DNA of 64,000 nucleotides from Ramazzottius varieornatus. Taxonomy: Eukaryota; Animalia; Tardigrada. The stretch spans positions 3,407,826-3,471,825 of the forward strand of contig BDGG01000002.1 in assembly GCA_001949185.1 (NCBI GenBank). Reading direction: 5' to 3'. Below the pieces are notes generated by a model. It was not told where the DNA came from and made no database searches. It saw only the letters and a program-made list of their open reading frames with translations. Both the position numbers and the translations under genes were made by a program. This document shows, one piece after another, positions 1 to 13,300 of the stretch (its first letter is position 1; each line of letters begins with the position of its first letter).

Positions 1-1829
1 TCCAGGTGGCGTATTGCCAGTGGATTCAAGATCAATGGTTGGGATAGCGATCGCAATTGGGTTTTTCGTTCTTTGGACGGTGTATCTCGTCAGGTACATA
101 TTGTTGTTGTAAAAGCGTGCTGCGGACAAGCGAAGGGACAGTCCATCCAGTCGTGCTCGATCGGTTCTGTTTTCGTAGGAACCGATACGGAAAATACGAC
201 GCGGACAATCCATGGTGGTCGATCAACGCAGAAGATCTCGTTTTTTTCAATATGATGTTCAAATTACAAGTCGCATCTAGCTTACAAATGTGCCTCCTTT
301 TGAACGAAAACGTTAACTGTGCTTGACTCATCTGTCGCTCCTAAGGCAGCGATTCCACTTCTCGTAACTGGCGCGTTTTTGCTCTTTAAGAAAATTTTCC
401 ATTACCATAACCGGAAAAAACCATCACGGATAAAGTCATCTCGGGAGAGGAGCAATCTCCGGACCCATCACATATTTCTGATTACTGGCTGGAACGAGAA
501 AGTAGAATATACCTCATAACTGTCGTAATTTCTTGTCGAAAGTTCTACATGTATATTCCTCTCATTCGAGTATATATGAGTGAATCCACTTCTCCTGTCA
601 TAACCGACTCGAATTGATCGAAAGTAGAATCGCTCATTACGGAGGTCCGTAATGGTTCTCCGTGATGAAGTGGAATCGCTGCATAAGACTACCGAGGTAA
701 AGCGTGTAAAGTTAGCCGGCCCGTATAGGACTTGTAAGATTAGCCACCGCTGTGCCGCATGTTGCTTGATTGGTCAGATGGTTGTCGGTCCAGGCTCTCC
801 AGCATGAGGTTTCCTCCTTTCGGAATTGAAAATCTCCTGGATTCTGTGAATCTTCACGTTAATTGCGACTAGTACCATTCAACAGCCCGTTGTTGTGTCT
901 ATCACCTTATCCATAAGCATTTGGGAGTAAGTGCCCCGGATCTAAAAACCCTGTTATCAGACATCAGATAGGCTGAAAATTTGACGGAAAGAAGCACAGA
1001 AAACGTTTATTTCCTCCTGTCAAGAAAAAGGTTTTCCTCTGTCCGAAAATAGGCAGTTTTTAAACACGAATAAATATTTGTTCAGTATCAGAAAAGCTTT
1101 AATTTAGCTATCCCTTCGACAAAAAAATCTGCATAATTCTTCCCAGCTAAAGGAAAGGTGAAAAACATGATTTTTGGAGGGAAATTTAAATTCATCGAAA
1201 CTTCTCCAAAATCACGGAGCACTTCATAAGATACCGAGAAGACAGTTAGTTTCGCCATCTTACAGAATTGAGCAGAAACACAAACAAAAGCAAAAGACAC
1301 CACGTGTACCGAGCTCGGAAACATTTTCTTCAAGACCGCAACATCACAGTCAAAACAGAAAAGAATAACTATCTAAAGTGGGGAAAGGATGTTTCTTTTC
1401 ACTTGCAGTTCATTTGACCTGTGAAATGAAGCAGTAGTGTGCCATCGGATACATGAAATGGTATAGTACTAATCTACCAGGGGTTGAATGTCGCCTCCTG
1501 ATATGACCATTTGATAGATCTCGACGAGATATATCGTACTGCATCAGCCGTTTTTGCAACAGTGACATCCCCTGGTAAAGGCTGGTGACCGCAACGTTAA
1601 TTAAGTGTTCTAATTAAGAAAAATTGGCGCTGTCAATTTCAAAACTCACTACACAACATCATGATTCTTGCATTATTGTCTGTTGACAATATATGCAAGA
1701 ATTTTGCGGAATGTTCGACTAGTACAGTTCACATGACGGTTTAATGTTTTTGCGCTGGAACGACGACCCAGGTAGTGGCTACTAGGTGTTCGGGAAGGCG
1801 CTTTTCTCTTTTTCAGGTAGTGCTGGACC

Positions 1830-2897
1830 ATGGAGCCTCTCCTTGAGCTGATCCACGTCGTCAGTCTCCCTCTCGGATTCAGCCAACGGAACCTCGTTCA
1901 TCGCTTCGCCAACCATCGGTCCCTCGGAACGAAGACTGCGTTAGCCATCGTCGCTCGCAACGGTACCGGTCTCACCGCTCAGCAAGCCCAGGACGCGTCG
2001 GTACGGAGCTTCCTTCAAGCAGTTGGCCTGTGTCGGGTGGAAGTCCAGTGCTCGGGAGGGAATTGTCGTCGCTGCTTGATGAGGATCAGCTGGGTGGATG
2101 GTGACCTCTTCGCCTTCGTCTGCACAAGCTGCAACGCCACCAAGTTCATGTTCAAGGGAACGTTCCTTTAAGGTCATCAGCTCGCCGACTGGAAGTTCCT
2201 GTTCATCTTCGCGGACATGTGCAACTGGCGCAACTACACCCAACGAGCCATCGCAGACAAGCTTCATCTGGACAAGAACACCGTGTCGCAGCGGGCTGTC
2301 TGGATCCGTGAAGCTCACTGTCCACAACCGGAACCAGCTGATCCAACTCGGAGGGCCAGGACGGATTGTCTACATCGACGAGGCAAGTACTCTTTTACAC
2401 TGCTCGTTTCTCGTATATGGATTTTGGATTTTCTCGAAATATCTGCTTGGTTGATGGACAGTTGATTGTGAAGGCCGTTTGACTCCCTGCATTGATACGT
2501 GTCTCCGCAGTACTTCTAGAAGAGACCGTCCCTCAGTTGCACGTCACTCGGGTTCGCTTTCTGCTGTCTGCAATCAAGTGTAAGATTTGAGTCTGACGTG
2601 TTTTTGTACTCGCAGGTTTTCATAGGAACGAAGTAGAAGTACCGGCGTGGTGACCGTTCCCGAGGACTTCACATGCCCGATCCGGATACTGGCGACAAGT
2701 CCAGCGTCAAGGTGATGCTCCTGATCCTGCGCGAGAAGGACTCCGGACGGATCGTCGTCTAGCACATCATCCGCACCAACCAAGAGACGATCAGGAAGAT
2801 CTTCGTCGAACATGTCCTTCCTGGTTCCATCGCGCATACCGACGGAGCCGCTGTTTACCGTCAAATTGCGAAGTGGGGCGACTCCGAGCACGACTAA
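1830..2897 (+). pseudogene. Merlin (IS1595/ISXO2-like) DDE transposase, decayed and 3'-truncated
   Basis: Spliced translation gives an N-terminal Cys-rich Zn-ribbon (C-x4-C...CTSC) and an HTH-like segment (IADKLHLDKNTV). It then reads GGPGRIVYIDE|VFIGTK*KYRRG ... ETIRKIFVEHVLPGSIAHTDGAAVYRQI, the ISXO2/Merlin core motifs. There are in-frame stops, a frameshift near 2330 and a GC-AG intron at 2383-2615, and the last catalytic Glu region is missing. Confidence 0.85.
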
Positions 2898-2968
2898 AGA
2901 ACGCGACTGAAAGAATGATGGACAACAAAATGAAAGGTTTATAACTCTCTATCAAATTGATTTATCGA

Positions 2969-3012
2969 TGGACAGGACAAAGTGGTGTCGGCACCACTTT
3001 GTCCCGTGTCCA
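2969..3012. repeat. Perfect hairpin at the Merlin/Harbinger junction
   Basis: GGACAAAGTGGTG-tcgg-CACCACTTTGTCC forms a 13-bp stem with a 4-nt loop, extended by TGGACA/TGTCCA. Confidence 0.8.
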
Positions 3013-3048
3013 GTTCATTTGCGAGTTGCAGTGTTAATATTTTTATAG

Positions 3049-3358
3049 TTACTTTGACGAGCATATTTTAGTTGATCGAGAGATCAAAGATGCGGAGCTA
3101 CGGACCAAGCTGGTGATTGCCAAGATGGAAATTGCTGAGCGAGAGAAGGATCGCGAAATTCGCCGAAAAGAGCAAGAAATGCAGGAAAACAAGATCAAGT
3201 TGGAGCATAAGTTCAACATGAGAAAACTAGAACTGGAAATGCAACTGGAACTGGAAAAGCAAAGGAAATCTAGTTCGGAAAATAACACCGTTTCTGCTCT
3301 CTTGCAATTCTTGCCAAAGAACAACTCAGTAAACTACTCGCAGAGTTTCGATTACTAG
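3049..3358 (+). pseudogene. Last exon of a probable Harbinger Myb/SANT-like partner gene (coiled-coil C-terminus)
   Basis: A ttttatag acceptor at 3048 opens an E/K/R-rich coiled-coil ORF (EREKDREIRRKEQEMQENKIKLE...). It is convergent with the Harbinger transposase, the usual two-gene PIF/Harbinger layout. The upstream Myb exon was not found. Confidence 0.5.
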
Positions 3359-3427
3359 CTTAAATTTACCGATAATTACAATAAATCTTGCCACCTGCTC
3401 GTGATAGAAATGTAAGAATAAAATAAA

Positions 3428-4548
3428 TCAGTAAAAATATTCCTCCAAGGTTGGGGCACTTAGACCAAAGTACTGGCCAGTCTGGCTTCCGTACAGACAA
3501 GTATGGGCATTTGTAAGCAGAACGGCCACTCTAAAGTACAGTCCAATGGGTTGCAGAAGCACTTTCTGGTTCTTATGAAAATCAAGAAAGGCCCATAGTA
3601 TACAACATTTTCCAAACATCCATTCAACAGACACGCGCAGCTTACTCATTACGTAGTTCAAGTCAGCCTCGGCCTGGTTGGTAACAGAACGAAAAGGTGC
3701 TATGAGCTCAGGAGTGGAGGTATATCCGTGATCGCCATAGATGTAGAATTTCTAGTCTGTATCCTCTCGTTTCCGTTTCAGCTGGTCGATCAGGTTACTT
3801 TCTTGCTACATCCTCCAGTCGTGCCTCTTTCCGACGATAGGACCCGCAAGATGGGCAATCAGACCGTTTGGCAAACCCACAGCTTGATACTTTAAACCAT
3901 GCTTTCGCTTATGGCCATTGTAGAGGAGTCGCTGGAGCCGTGAAGGTCTACCCGAATACAAAAACAGAAAATTAAAAATTGGATTAACATAAACAGTATC
4001 GACTGAAATTTTGGTTAGGCCGTACCTGCAACAGCACACAGTGTCCCGTCAATAAACCCAATACATTTGTCGTATGGAGCTCCCTTTTCCTGTATGACTT
4101 GCGCACATTCACGTAGCTTGTTGTTGTCCATCCAGGGATGGTCTAGAGTGTCCAGGAGATGGCCGAATTGATCATGCATGTACTGGATACCGTAGTTAAA
4201 CCTGCGAGAAAGCGCCGTTTCTTCCTTCCCATGTAATTCTTCTATGTCACACAGTCGGGACGGATAGGCAAGTCGCCTTAGCACCACGCACAAGATTTCC
4301 ATACCACTGCACTTTATTCCATTGCCCAGCGTAACCGTGTCAGGAATGCGAAGAACAGTACACAGGCGCTCCAGATCATCCATCTCAAACCGGAAATTCT
4401 CCCTGCACTGCTTCAGCGTCATGTTGTCCAAGTCGACCGTTGTTCGCGGAAGGTTCCGCTCTTCAGCACTAGATGCCGTGCAGATGATCAACTCTTCTTC
4501 ATCGATGATACCCAGACCATAAGCAGTCAATAACATCTCATGGTCCAT
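3428..4548 (-). pseudogene. PIF/Harbinger (HARBI1-like, DDE_Tnp_4) transposase pseudogene
   Basis: Motifs CRENFRF, LRRLAYPSRL, CIGFIDGT, YNGHKRKHGLKYQAV, GKRHD, YIYGDHGY and MSKLRVSVEWMFG are present. There is an intron at ~3948-4025, two premature TAG stops (~3806 and ~3752) and an apparent 1-nt frameshift at the splice junction. Confidence 0.9.
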
Positions 4549-5882
4549 GATGGAGATGGGAATTAAAAGAAGCAATGGCTGTAGGAGCGGACTACTCGTT
4601 TGAAATTCGAACTACAAAATAAATTCCATCCAGCTACTTCTGGGAACAAAAGTAGTCAAATCAACCGGCAGCGTTCGGCGGACACGGAGCGTGCCGCTGG
4701 TTGATGTCCACCGTTCGTAAAGTTTTTCTCGCAAGAGCCAAAATCAAATTTTTCATCGACGAGGAACGTGAAGTTCTTCGTCGTGAAATTTCACCGTTCG
4801 TAGTAGAATTCTGGCTGACACGCAAGGTGCCTTTTGTCTACTGATCTGCGACCTTCCACCTTCTTTCGTTTGCCAATTATGCTTTAGCGCCCTTATGGTC
4901 GCATACTTGATGCTGCGCTGTCCAAGTATCTATATACTTTGCCTCGTCGAGGAAACGAAGCAGGGAACTGCGTTGCAACCATAGACTTGCTGTCTCCACC
5001 CCTACCCTGTTTCCATGTTTGCTAGTTCCGGTTTCCCGTTTATCGGAGCATCACAAGTCAAAAAACACTCTTGCCGACCTCAAGGTCAAACTCAGGTTCC
5101 CCGGTCCGTCCCTGGGTTATCCATCTTCTGCCCCAGGCGCCCACGGGCTGAGTTTCAACTGACTTTTTGGGACTGTCACGAATTTCCATGCTCATCCAGT
5201 TTTCTTGTCTCTTCCAGTCTTCCCTGATCCCGTTGGTTAACTTCGGGCTGTTGCGCGTTCCGTTGTGCCCGCCGGTGCTGGCTTTCCCGTTGATCTCGGA
5301 TCCAACGCTACTCCAAGCATGAGATGCGTCTGACGGTAAGTGAGCTTGCCTTCGACTAGGCAATTAAATGGTAAATCAAGTTGTTGCGGGCTAGCGTAAA
5401 TTAATTCTTGCCGATAGTTCAGCATGAGTAACTTCCGTACGAGCTGTAGTGTCTGGCTACCGTTGAGTCGTTGATAGCAGCAACTCTGTTTGGTGATCTC
5501 CACCGATCCGTGTTAATTGTCGGCTGCTCTTATTATCGTAGGTATCCATGCCTTATCTCTAGGTGTGACCACAGAAGCACCAGCTTCCACAAGTAGCCCT
5601 GTCGTGGACAGATATCTTCGTCGTGTTTTGCCGGACAGCCGTCTATTTCATTCATCACTTCTGACCACAGGATTATTTTTGGAGCGATCTACAAGCCACA
5701 AGTAATTTTCGACTCCAGTAAACATCGTCGCGGAACACTGTTCAACGGATCGTCAAGCACTCCGCAAAACTCAGTCGCGAGAAGAGTGCTGCACTGTTCC
5801 TCGAAGATGGGTTTTCCAAACACGAAGAGTAAGTCGCCGTAGAGTTCTCTTTGCAGAATTCAAGAGTTAGGCAAACATAACC

Positions 5883-5970
5883 TACAAGATGGTTCTTTCA
5901 AATGGCGCACGTTCCCGTTGTAGTTGGCTGGAAGGGTGCGGCGTGCGCCACTCTAGAACAGCATCTTGTA
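5883..5970. repeat. ~88-bp palindromic dispersed repeat (family A)
   Basis: TACAAGATG...CAAATGGCGCAC-loop-GTGCGCCACTCT...CATCTTGTA. Confidence 0.75.
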
Positions 5971-8270
5971 TATATATGCTTATAAATACGTACCCACGTT
6001 TTTAGTTAACAGCTCGATCAACGTGTTGCAGATATGCGATTGTGACTACAAAGACATCGGAATAAAAGACTTGGTCACGATTGGCAAAGTCTCATAGATT
6101 ACAAGGTATGTGAAAATTCTTTTTCTGTTTCATTTGTGTGTTATGTATGTTCCAACTTAGCAAACTTGATAGACCAATTACCGTTAATTCTCTCCCACGT
6201 TTATATCAAAGACACGCTAAACCCCGGAAGACAGAAATTAGTTAGACATGATAGCCCCGATATTGGGGGAAAGACTGCTGCGTGTTTATGAGTCTTTGAT
6301 TACAGTGTAATCAATATTCTCAATAGTAATCGCTTGAGCAGTCACGGACTTACGGGGCAGGAGACTGATCACATCAGCTGTCAAGTCCAGGCGAAACACC
6401 TTGTTGCTGCACTACTTGAAGACTGTTTACGCTTCATCTTTGGTCACGAACAATACACTTTATTGTCTGACTCGACAGGCAGCAGTTCCGCCGCTCCAAT
6501 CCGAAACCTGAGCTTTTATCGAGAAGAGAAGAGAAGAGACGAGAAATAAATGCCAATCAAGGTCAGCGCTGACACTTTAACCGCCTAACCTGCTGGTTCC
6601 ACATTTTTTGCTTTGGGCTTACTGACAAAAAGTGGTGATATAGCTGTTTATGTTAGCAAGCCGGCCCGACTATTCTATACCCCTCGAAACACGTAGAGAG
6701 TGAGAGTTCACTTCCAACATGAGACGTCGGCAAACAGATCTACCTTGATCGTTTTTCAAAATGGTGCACGCTCTAATGCAATAACAGCGAAATAGTGCGC
6801 CATCTATACTGATCATCGGAATGAAATCATTTGTCGACGTTCCACAATAGTTTCAAGCTTCGCAATCAGGATATCAGTTATTACCATGACCGTGTTTGGT
6901 CTTTGGTGCCGACGGCATGTGTACTTTCGGACGCTTCTGTTTCTTTTCCTGCCCGAAACAGAATATTCGTGGTGGCGTGCCGTGAGTCACTGCGGATGGT
7001 GGTTCTCTCAAGAACCCACCCTGGCTCGCCGCAGGATTAGTGAGCGGGGTTGTCGCAGCCTCTCCGAGTGAGTCACCCAATTCCCTGACGTTGAAGAGAA
7101 ACGAGTTTGAATGACGCGCTCGAAACAACCCCAAGAGACTAGTTTTCCGCAGTTCTCTGCCAAGTTACTCCGAATTGACTGACTCAACCAAAACTCGATC
7201 GAATGCGGGCTGTTTACTCACCGCTACCGTTTTTCTCACAAGGTTAGAAAGCAGACTCGGCGAAGGTATCCGGTAGAATAATATTGGAAGCCTACTGTAC
7301 GAAGGGAAACTTCCGTGGAGAGGGCATACCAGTGCGGTACTCGTAGCGAGGAAGCGCGGCCTCCGTACGGTCGGTTGGTACATACACTCGTACCAACTTG
7401 CGAAGAGCGTTCAAAAAGCAGTCGGGCAAGTTTCTGCCGGCTATTTACTTTTCTGTTCATTGGGCTCATCTTGCATGACGGCGGATATTTACTTTTCGTG
7501 GCTAGTCGTCTAAACTTCTCACTGCCTGGGCTATCTTTACTCAAGACTTTTAATACGCTTATAATCCACGGGGTGTACTGTATAGACCATAACGGTGCAT
7601 TCGCGTTTGCAGTGTATGTATGCTTGCTGTGTGTTAACTCGACGAACGTTGCAGATCTCTTCATACTATTATTCAAGGCTAATGAGGATGGTCTTTTCTC
7701 TTTTATACAGTGCCGGAAGCCGCCTTGCACGGAGTCGGCATCAATGAGATGAAAGGATCGCGATCGAGCTCGGTGTGCCTACAGGAGCTGATGCAGCTGT
7801 TTTGACGTCTTAGCGGGTATAACTGCTGCTGACACTTCCGATATCTCCGCCGGATCGGGTATAAGAGCCAACTACCGACCCTGGTCTGCTGGCGCATTCT
7901 CATTGACAGTGGTTGTCGAGCTATTTTGTTCGGCAGTTTCGGACGCACTGTCTTGTCGAGTGCGCCCGTGCTGTGTAGCGCGCTTGTTTTCACTCAAGTG
8001 CGACACACACACATACTGACGGTGTAATTAACCGCTTGGTTATCGAGACTTGAGAGGACAGAAGGAAGGACTGTGATCGAAAGATTGAGATTGACAATGG
8101 TCAGTGCGCCGTCAGCCATGACCAACAGCGTCGGACACTTGTGGAGGAATTGCTGCGGCGTCCCAGAAACCTCACCGGTAAGGTCATTACAGTCGTTTAC
8201 CGACTATTCTAGAGGAAGATTAATTTTCTCCCGTGAACGATCGTAGAAAAATGGGTCGTCGGCAGTCGCT

Positions 8271-8351
8271 TTCACCAATCGATTTTCAAGTGGCGCATAT
8301 TTTTGTCGCTATTGGCTGAGAGCGTGCGCCACTTGGGGAAATAATCTGGAT
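8271..8351. repeat. Palindromic dispersed repeat (family A)
   Basis: CAAGTGGCGCA at 8287 and GTGCGCCACTTG at 8324-8335. Confidence 0.75.
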
Positions 8352-10301
8352 TTGCCGATTTTCCAGATGATGTAGCTATTGTCATAGATCATTTTCGAAA
8401 TCTTATTGATTTTCCAATTTTGTATTTTGAAATTGATTGGGTTTGCAGTGGAAAATACTTATCGAACTGAAAAGCGCAGAGGACGGAAACCGTAGTGAAT
8501 TATTTGTTTCTTAGAATGAAGTTTTGACGTGAAGGTCTTGTGAACTGGGCCCTCGGCGTATAACTATTGGCTCGTAAAGATTCGTTGAAAGAGTGGCAAA
8601 GGAAAGTGAATATTGAATTCATCTCTTTGGTTTATTTATGTTTATAGCAGCCGCGGATCGACCGGTCGATGATTGGATTTCCGACGGATTTTCGGCATGT
8701 GGGGCATATAGGCCATGACGGAGTCACGGACGTCGCATCTTCCTCCAACACTCCTACCGTAAGTACAGTAGCCTGTCTTTTCAGTGCTCTCTGGCGTTTT
8801 CTCTGAAATCTCACGAAAAAATGCGTTGATGGATGGAAGAGGGAGGGTAATTTGTGTTCTTACGTGCCTTCAAGACTCCAAAGTGCGTACCGTGGAGGCA
8901 TATTTCTTTCAGCACTTGAATTTCGTCCTAAATATCTCCTGCGGATATTTTTGACGAAAGAAGGAAATAAGCAATGTTGATGACATCGTTAATATTTCAA
9001 GTGGGCTTAAACGACCCGTTTTGTTGCGTTTTTTCTTCCGTTCCAAATGTTGCCGAGAAATGTGGATCTCTCTTTGTCCCCACAGCTAGAACCTCTATTA
9101 AATAACATAAATTTTGGAGAAAAAGGACTGAGCAAACTAATTGGGACGCGAACAAATGATATGAGGCAGTTCGTTTTCCCAGATGGCGCATTCGAACAAC
9201 CAACAACAATGAGAACGTGCGCCGGATAAACGATCTGGTTCAGTTCATTTGCCCACGTCCCAACTGAATAGATACTTTATTTTACGTATTTTTGGACTTT
9301 GTGAGAATTACTCCGAAGTCGGAAAAGTATCTCCTAATGGATGGTCAATTTGAACAACAAAGACTGTTTTTCTTTGACAGTTGAAAGCTGTGCAAACACA
9401 GATGCGTTCCAAGGGAGGCTATGAATCGGCTCTTCCCGTCAACTATGCACTGAAAGTCCGCGACTTGAATCGATGACAATGAGCGGAATTTCCAACGAGA
9501 TACCTCTCCGGAAGGAGCTGGCGAGTCGCCCCGGCTTTGGTTGATGAGCGAAGAGAATTTTTAGCCTCTTTCACGACATTCTGTGTTTTTTGGCGGTTTA
9601 CAAATGCAGACAGACTCCTTTTTATATCCTACGTTCTACCTTCTTTCTCGTTAAGTGTTTCTTTTTTGTTCTTTAAAGATGTTTTACGCAGAGGTTCTAT
9701 TTGAATACTGTTCACAGAAGCAGATGGAGTATCGAGTTGGTTTTTTTGTTGGTGTAATCAGGTTTTAGAATTTAAACTTTCTCTTTTGCATGCATGTACA
9801 GTTACATCACTGACGAGCGCGATGTTTTTGCTTCAGTGAATATGAATAAGAACTGATGGAGAAACACAAATATACAAGGGCATGTGTTGTTGTTGCTGTT
9901 TGAGACATAGTTACATGGCGGAAACCTTTCATTTCTCCGCTCTTCGGTTCGCGTGGAATGAGTTCAAACAGATGGAGAACCTGATGTAACGTCTTGCATG
10001 GGCTGCTGCCAAGATGACCAACCAACAAGCACCGCAGTCTGTTTATGGATAATATAGAGTAGAGACAAAGATTCGCATTTTGTGACTGTGACAAAGTGCT
10101 GTCCTTGCACTTGTTCGATAGTATGCCACCCTTCTTGAGTTCTTCGCTGATTAAGTTTCTCATTACCGCATGAATTGGTGGAACTTCGTTCGTACAGTGT
10201 TGTCAACTGTGTGGCTCGTCTTTGTGCTGGACATTTATCCGGTACGTCATCGCGGTGCAGTGACGTCAATGCAAGAAAACATGGGACGTTGGCAAATGAA
10301 C

Positions 10302-10385
10302 TGAACCAGATCGTTCGCCAAGTGGCGCACACATTCAGCCGGTCACAATGAAAACGTCTGCCACCTCGGATGGCGATCGGCTTCA
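10302..10385. repeat. Palindromic dispersed repeat (family A)
   Basis: TGAACCAGATCGT...CAAGTGGCGCAC-loop-TCTGCCACCTCG...CGATCGGCTTCA. Confidence 0.7.
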
Positions 10386-13300
10386 GTTCATTTGCCCGCA
10401 TTCCGTATTTTCTTGCGTTGACTTCACCGCACAGCAATCACATACCCATTGTACTGTACGTGCAGCACGAATCACTTACTGCACTTATTCACCCACTCAC
10501 CGCTCACCAGACAGACACAACCCCACGGAAAAAAACAATACTTGAGCACCTTGCGGATAAAACAAAAATAGAATCAGCTCACAAGGAAAAAAATTTAATG
10601 TCGGCTACAAGCACTGTGCCCATATGGAGTATTTCAACGACGATCCGCAACTACGATCCGCAACTGTACATGAAATTAATTCACCTGCTTCGAGAATATG
10701 AGGATACTGCGAAAGCAAAGAAAAATTTGTAGACCATAGAAACGGTCATTCGCTCAACGGACAAAACATCGGAGTCTTCCAGCCTAGCCGGATCGTTATT
10801 TCGTCAGAAAAAAAAGTTGATTTCACTACAGCACGTTGCACCTGGATTTTACGCCAATTTCATGGCCCTTTTTGGTCAGAAACCTGCCAAAATCAGATAA
10901 AAAGCTGATTGGACGCTGATTAAAAGCTCGGTTAAATCAGATTTCATGCGTAGGACCCGTGAGTGGAGGACTTTAGAGCAGGGACCAAGAACCCGACTGG
11001 GCTGGTTCCTACTGTTATATACGCAGTGAACCGGTTCGTCGTTTTGATATCGCGCCAGTGGGACGTTGAAAGTATCGAAGCCGGTCCGGCTCTTCGAGTT
11101 TCAAGAACTGTCCATCGTCGGCAGAAGATGTCGCCAGAAGGCGCATCAGCGGAATCCGACGGATGAATTTTCCTAACAAGTTACGTTGAGCAGTCCAAAA
11201 AGAGTGGAAGAACCAGTCACGCCGGTTGAATTGGGTTCCTTCGAAGATATAGCTCGAGTATTCTTCCCTTGGTTATTCAGGTACTGGTTCGTCAACTTTT
11301 CCAAATTGTCGTCCACGGATATATGGCAATAGTGACTTCAACCAATTCACCTGCTTGACAGGGAATGGCCAAAGGTACCCTCGTTTTTCCAGCTGGCGCA
11401 CTGGCTGGACAAGGCGGACTTCCGGGGTAGTCTGTGAACCGATTACAAAACGAAAGTCTGGACATCGGTACCGTAGATCCACTATGCTCATGTTCGCCTA
11501 GAGTGAAAGAACCTTATCCTGATCCAGCTGAGAAGCTTTGGCTCCTGCTAGACAAAGCCGGAAAGCAGTGAGACATCTGCAGGCTGCTGTTGTGGAACAC
11601 GGTCTTCATTTGCCTTGGTCATCGTGTACTCCCGTTGAACAGGAATAGATTTCGTGCGAACCAGCTGTCCAGGCGAACCCCAATCACCATCACTGTACGG
11701 GAACGGACCTGAGAAAGGAATCGTTGAAGAACTTGTCAGTCAGACCGGCATCTGAAAGGGTCCGCCAGGCATGTTCTTCGGGTCGCCATTCGAAACATGT
11801 TTATCGTGTGTCGCGGTAGAAAAGGTCAGGGCCAGACGCAGAATCTTCCTACATAAAATTCGTGCGTTGCAGGTTGGAAATAGCGAACCATCACCTTGGC
11901 TGACTGCGTTTCTCGTTGGGAGAGAAATCCATAGACAGGCACCGGTTCAGTTGGAGGTCCCAGACGTGCTCTCGAATTTTGTTCCACGCTTGACATATCC
12001 TGGGTACAAAAAACTGACAGAGACAGAGATGGAACCACATATTCTGTGCGAACGGTGACGAATTTTAATTACTTTAAAACGTGATGATCATGAGAACTGC
12101 GACTGCATGAGGAGGCAGTTGGAGACCAATTGGTGGATCAGGCAGATAACTACGTTCGGGAGAGAATAAAATAAGCCAACGTTTCAGTGTGGAGTTTAGA
12201 CTATGCCGTGCGGAACTCCGTACCGGTCCGCCGGCATACGGATTTTACATGACGATACGGTTACCCAGTCCGCCCGCTTCCGCCAAAAGAGGCGTCGATT
12301 GTAACCATCGGTCTAAGCGATTTTCGCTTTGAATCGCAGGCCATTTCAGTTTGTAAGAGACTTCGAACGGTTCTTTCTGCGATGCTGGCACTGTTCGAAG
12401 CTATCCATCATTCACGGTAGATACTAGAGGGGACGAAGCAGCTCTGAAGCAGGTTGACCGGCGCGTCAGTGAAGAGCTAGCGCGTGACGCCATTCCGCAA
12501 CGACGTCATCAGCTAAAGTCCCTAAGAGTAGCTGGTAGAGAGTTCTGTTATCGATTTTCGAGCCCATTTAAAAATTAATCGAACCCCGCCCCAGCCAGTT
12601 TTCGGTTCCCGTTGACTCTAAAAACAGTTCGCCGAAAATTCAAAAGTTCCCTGGTTTTTCAACGTAAAATGAGAGTAAAATAAAAACACGCTCAATTTAA
12701 GCTCCGATAACGTCATAGGGACGGCGTGAACGCAGCGTTTAACTCAAGACAAAATCGTCGTCTGTGAACCCAGCGGGAAATTATGGCGACCCGTGATTTT
12801 TTTGGGACGGGACGTGATGGAGCGATCCTTTGCTAACTCCTCTTTAATTTGAAAATGTAGTGAATTCCTGAGTTCATTCTGTCGTGTTGCGCCTACAATC
12901 TGTAGCGTGGAGGCTGTCAGTGTCAGCGCGCGCGCATCATGCCTCCTCCCCTCGTTCCTGCCTGGAAAGATGGGAGTGATCCACGGCACGTGCATCGAGT
13001 ATGTCATCGATTAATTCGCCGGGATGCCATGCCTGTATCCTTCCGGCTGCCAGAGTAGCCAGTGCGCAGTAAACGCTCACGTCCCTGGTGGATCAATATG
13101 CATCGCATCGATGATGGGAATGGTGAATGAAGCGGTATGGCCAGATTTCTCGCAGCTTCTCGACCAACTCTAGCCTCTGGAGTGTCAAAGTAAAAAAGAG
13201 GAGCATCCTGTCTTTAGCATCCTTTCCACACCGAAAAGCTTTGCCAGCGATCGGATTATCTCGCAGGATAGCAAATGTAAAGTGATGCAGTTGATGAAAA

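Noticed and set aside
696-750. GGTAAAGCGTGTAAAGTTAGCC as the Merlin left TIR
   Set aside because: No matching right TIR or TSD was found, so the boundary is unsupported.
3752-3808. TAG codons in the Harbinger ORF as recoding or readthrough
   Set aside because: The accompanying frameshift and missing element ends indicate ordinary pseudogenisation.
4860-5760. Possible non-LTR retrotransposon endonuclease remnant (PVGAWGRRW)
   Set aside because: Only a vague resemblance; no RT motifs and no continuous frame were found.
6830-12060. ORFs of 60-165 aa between the transposons and alpha-catulin
   Set aside because: No recognisable domain or consistent exon chain. They are probably decayed or spurious, though an unrecognised gene cannot be excluded.
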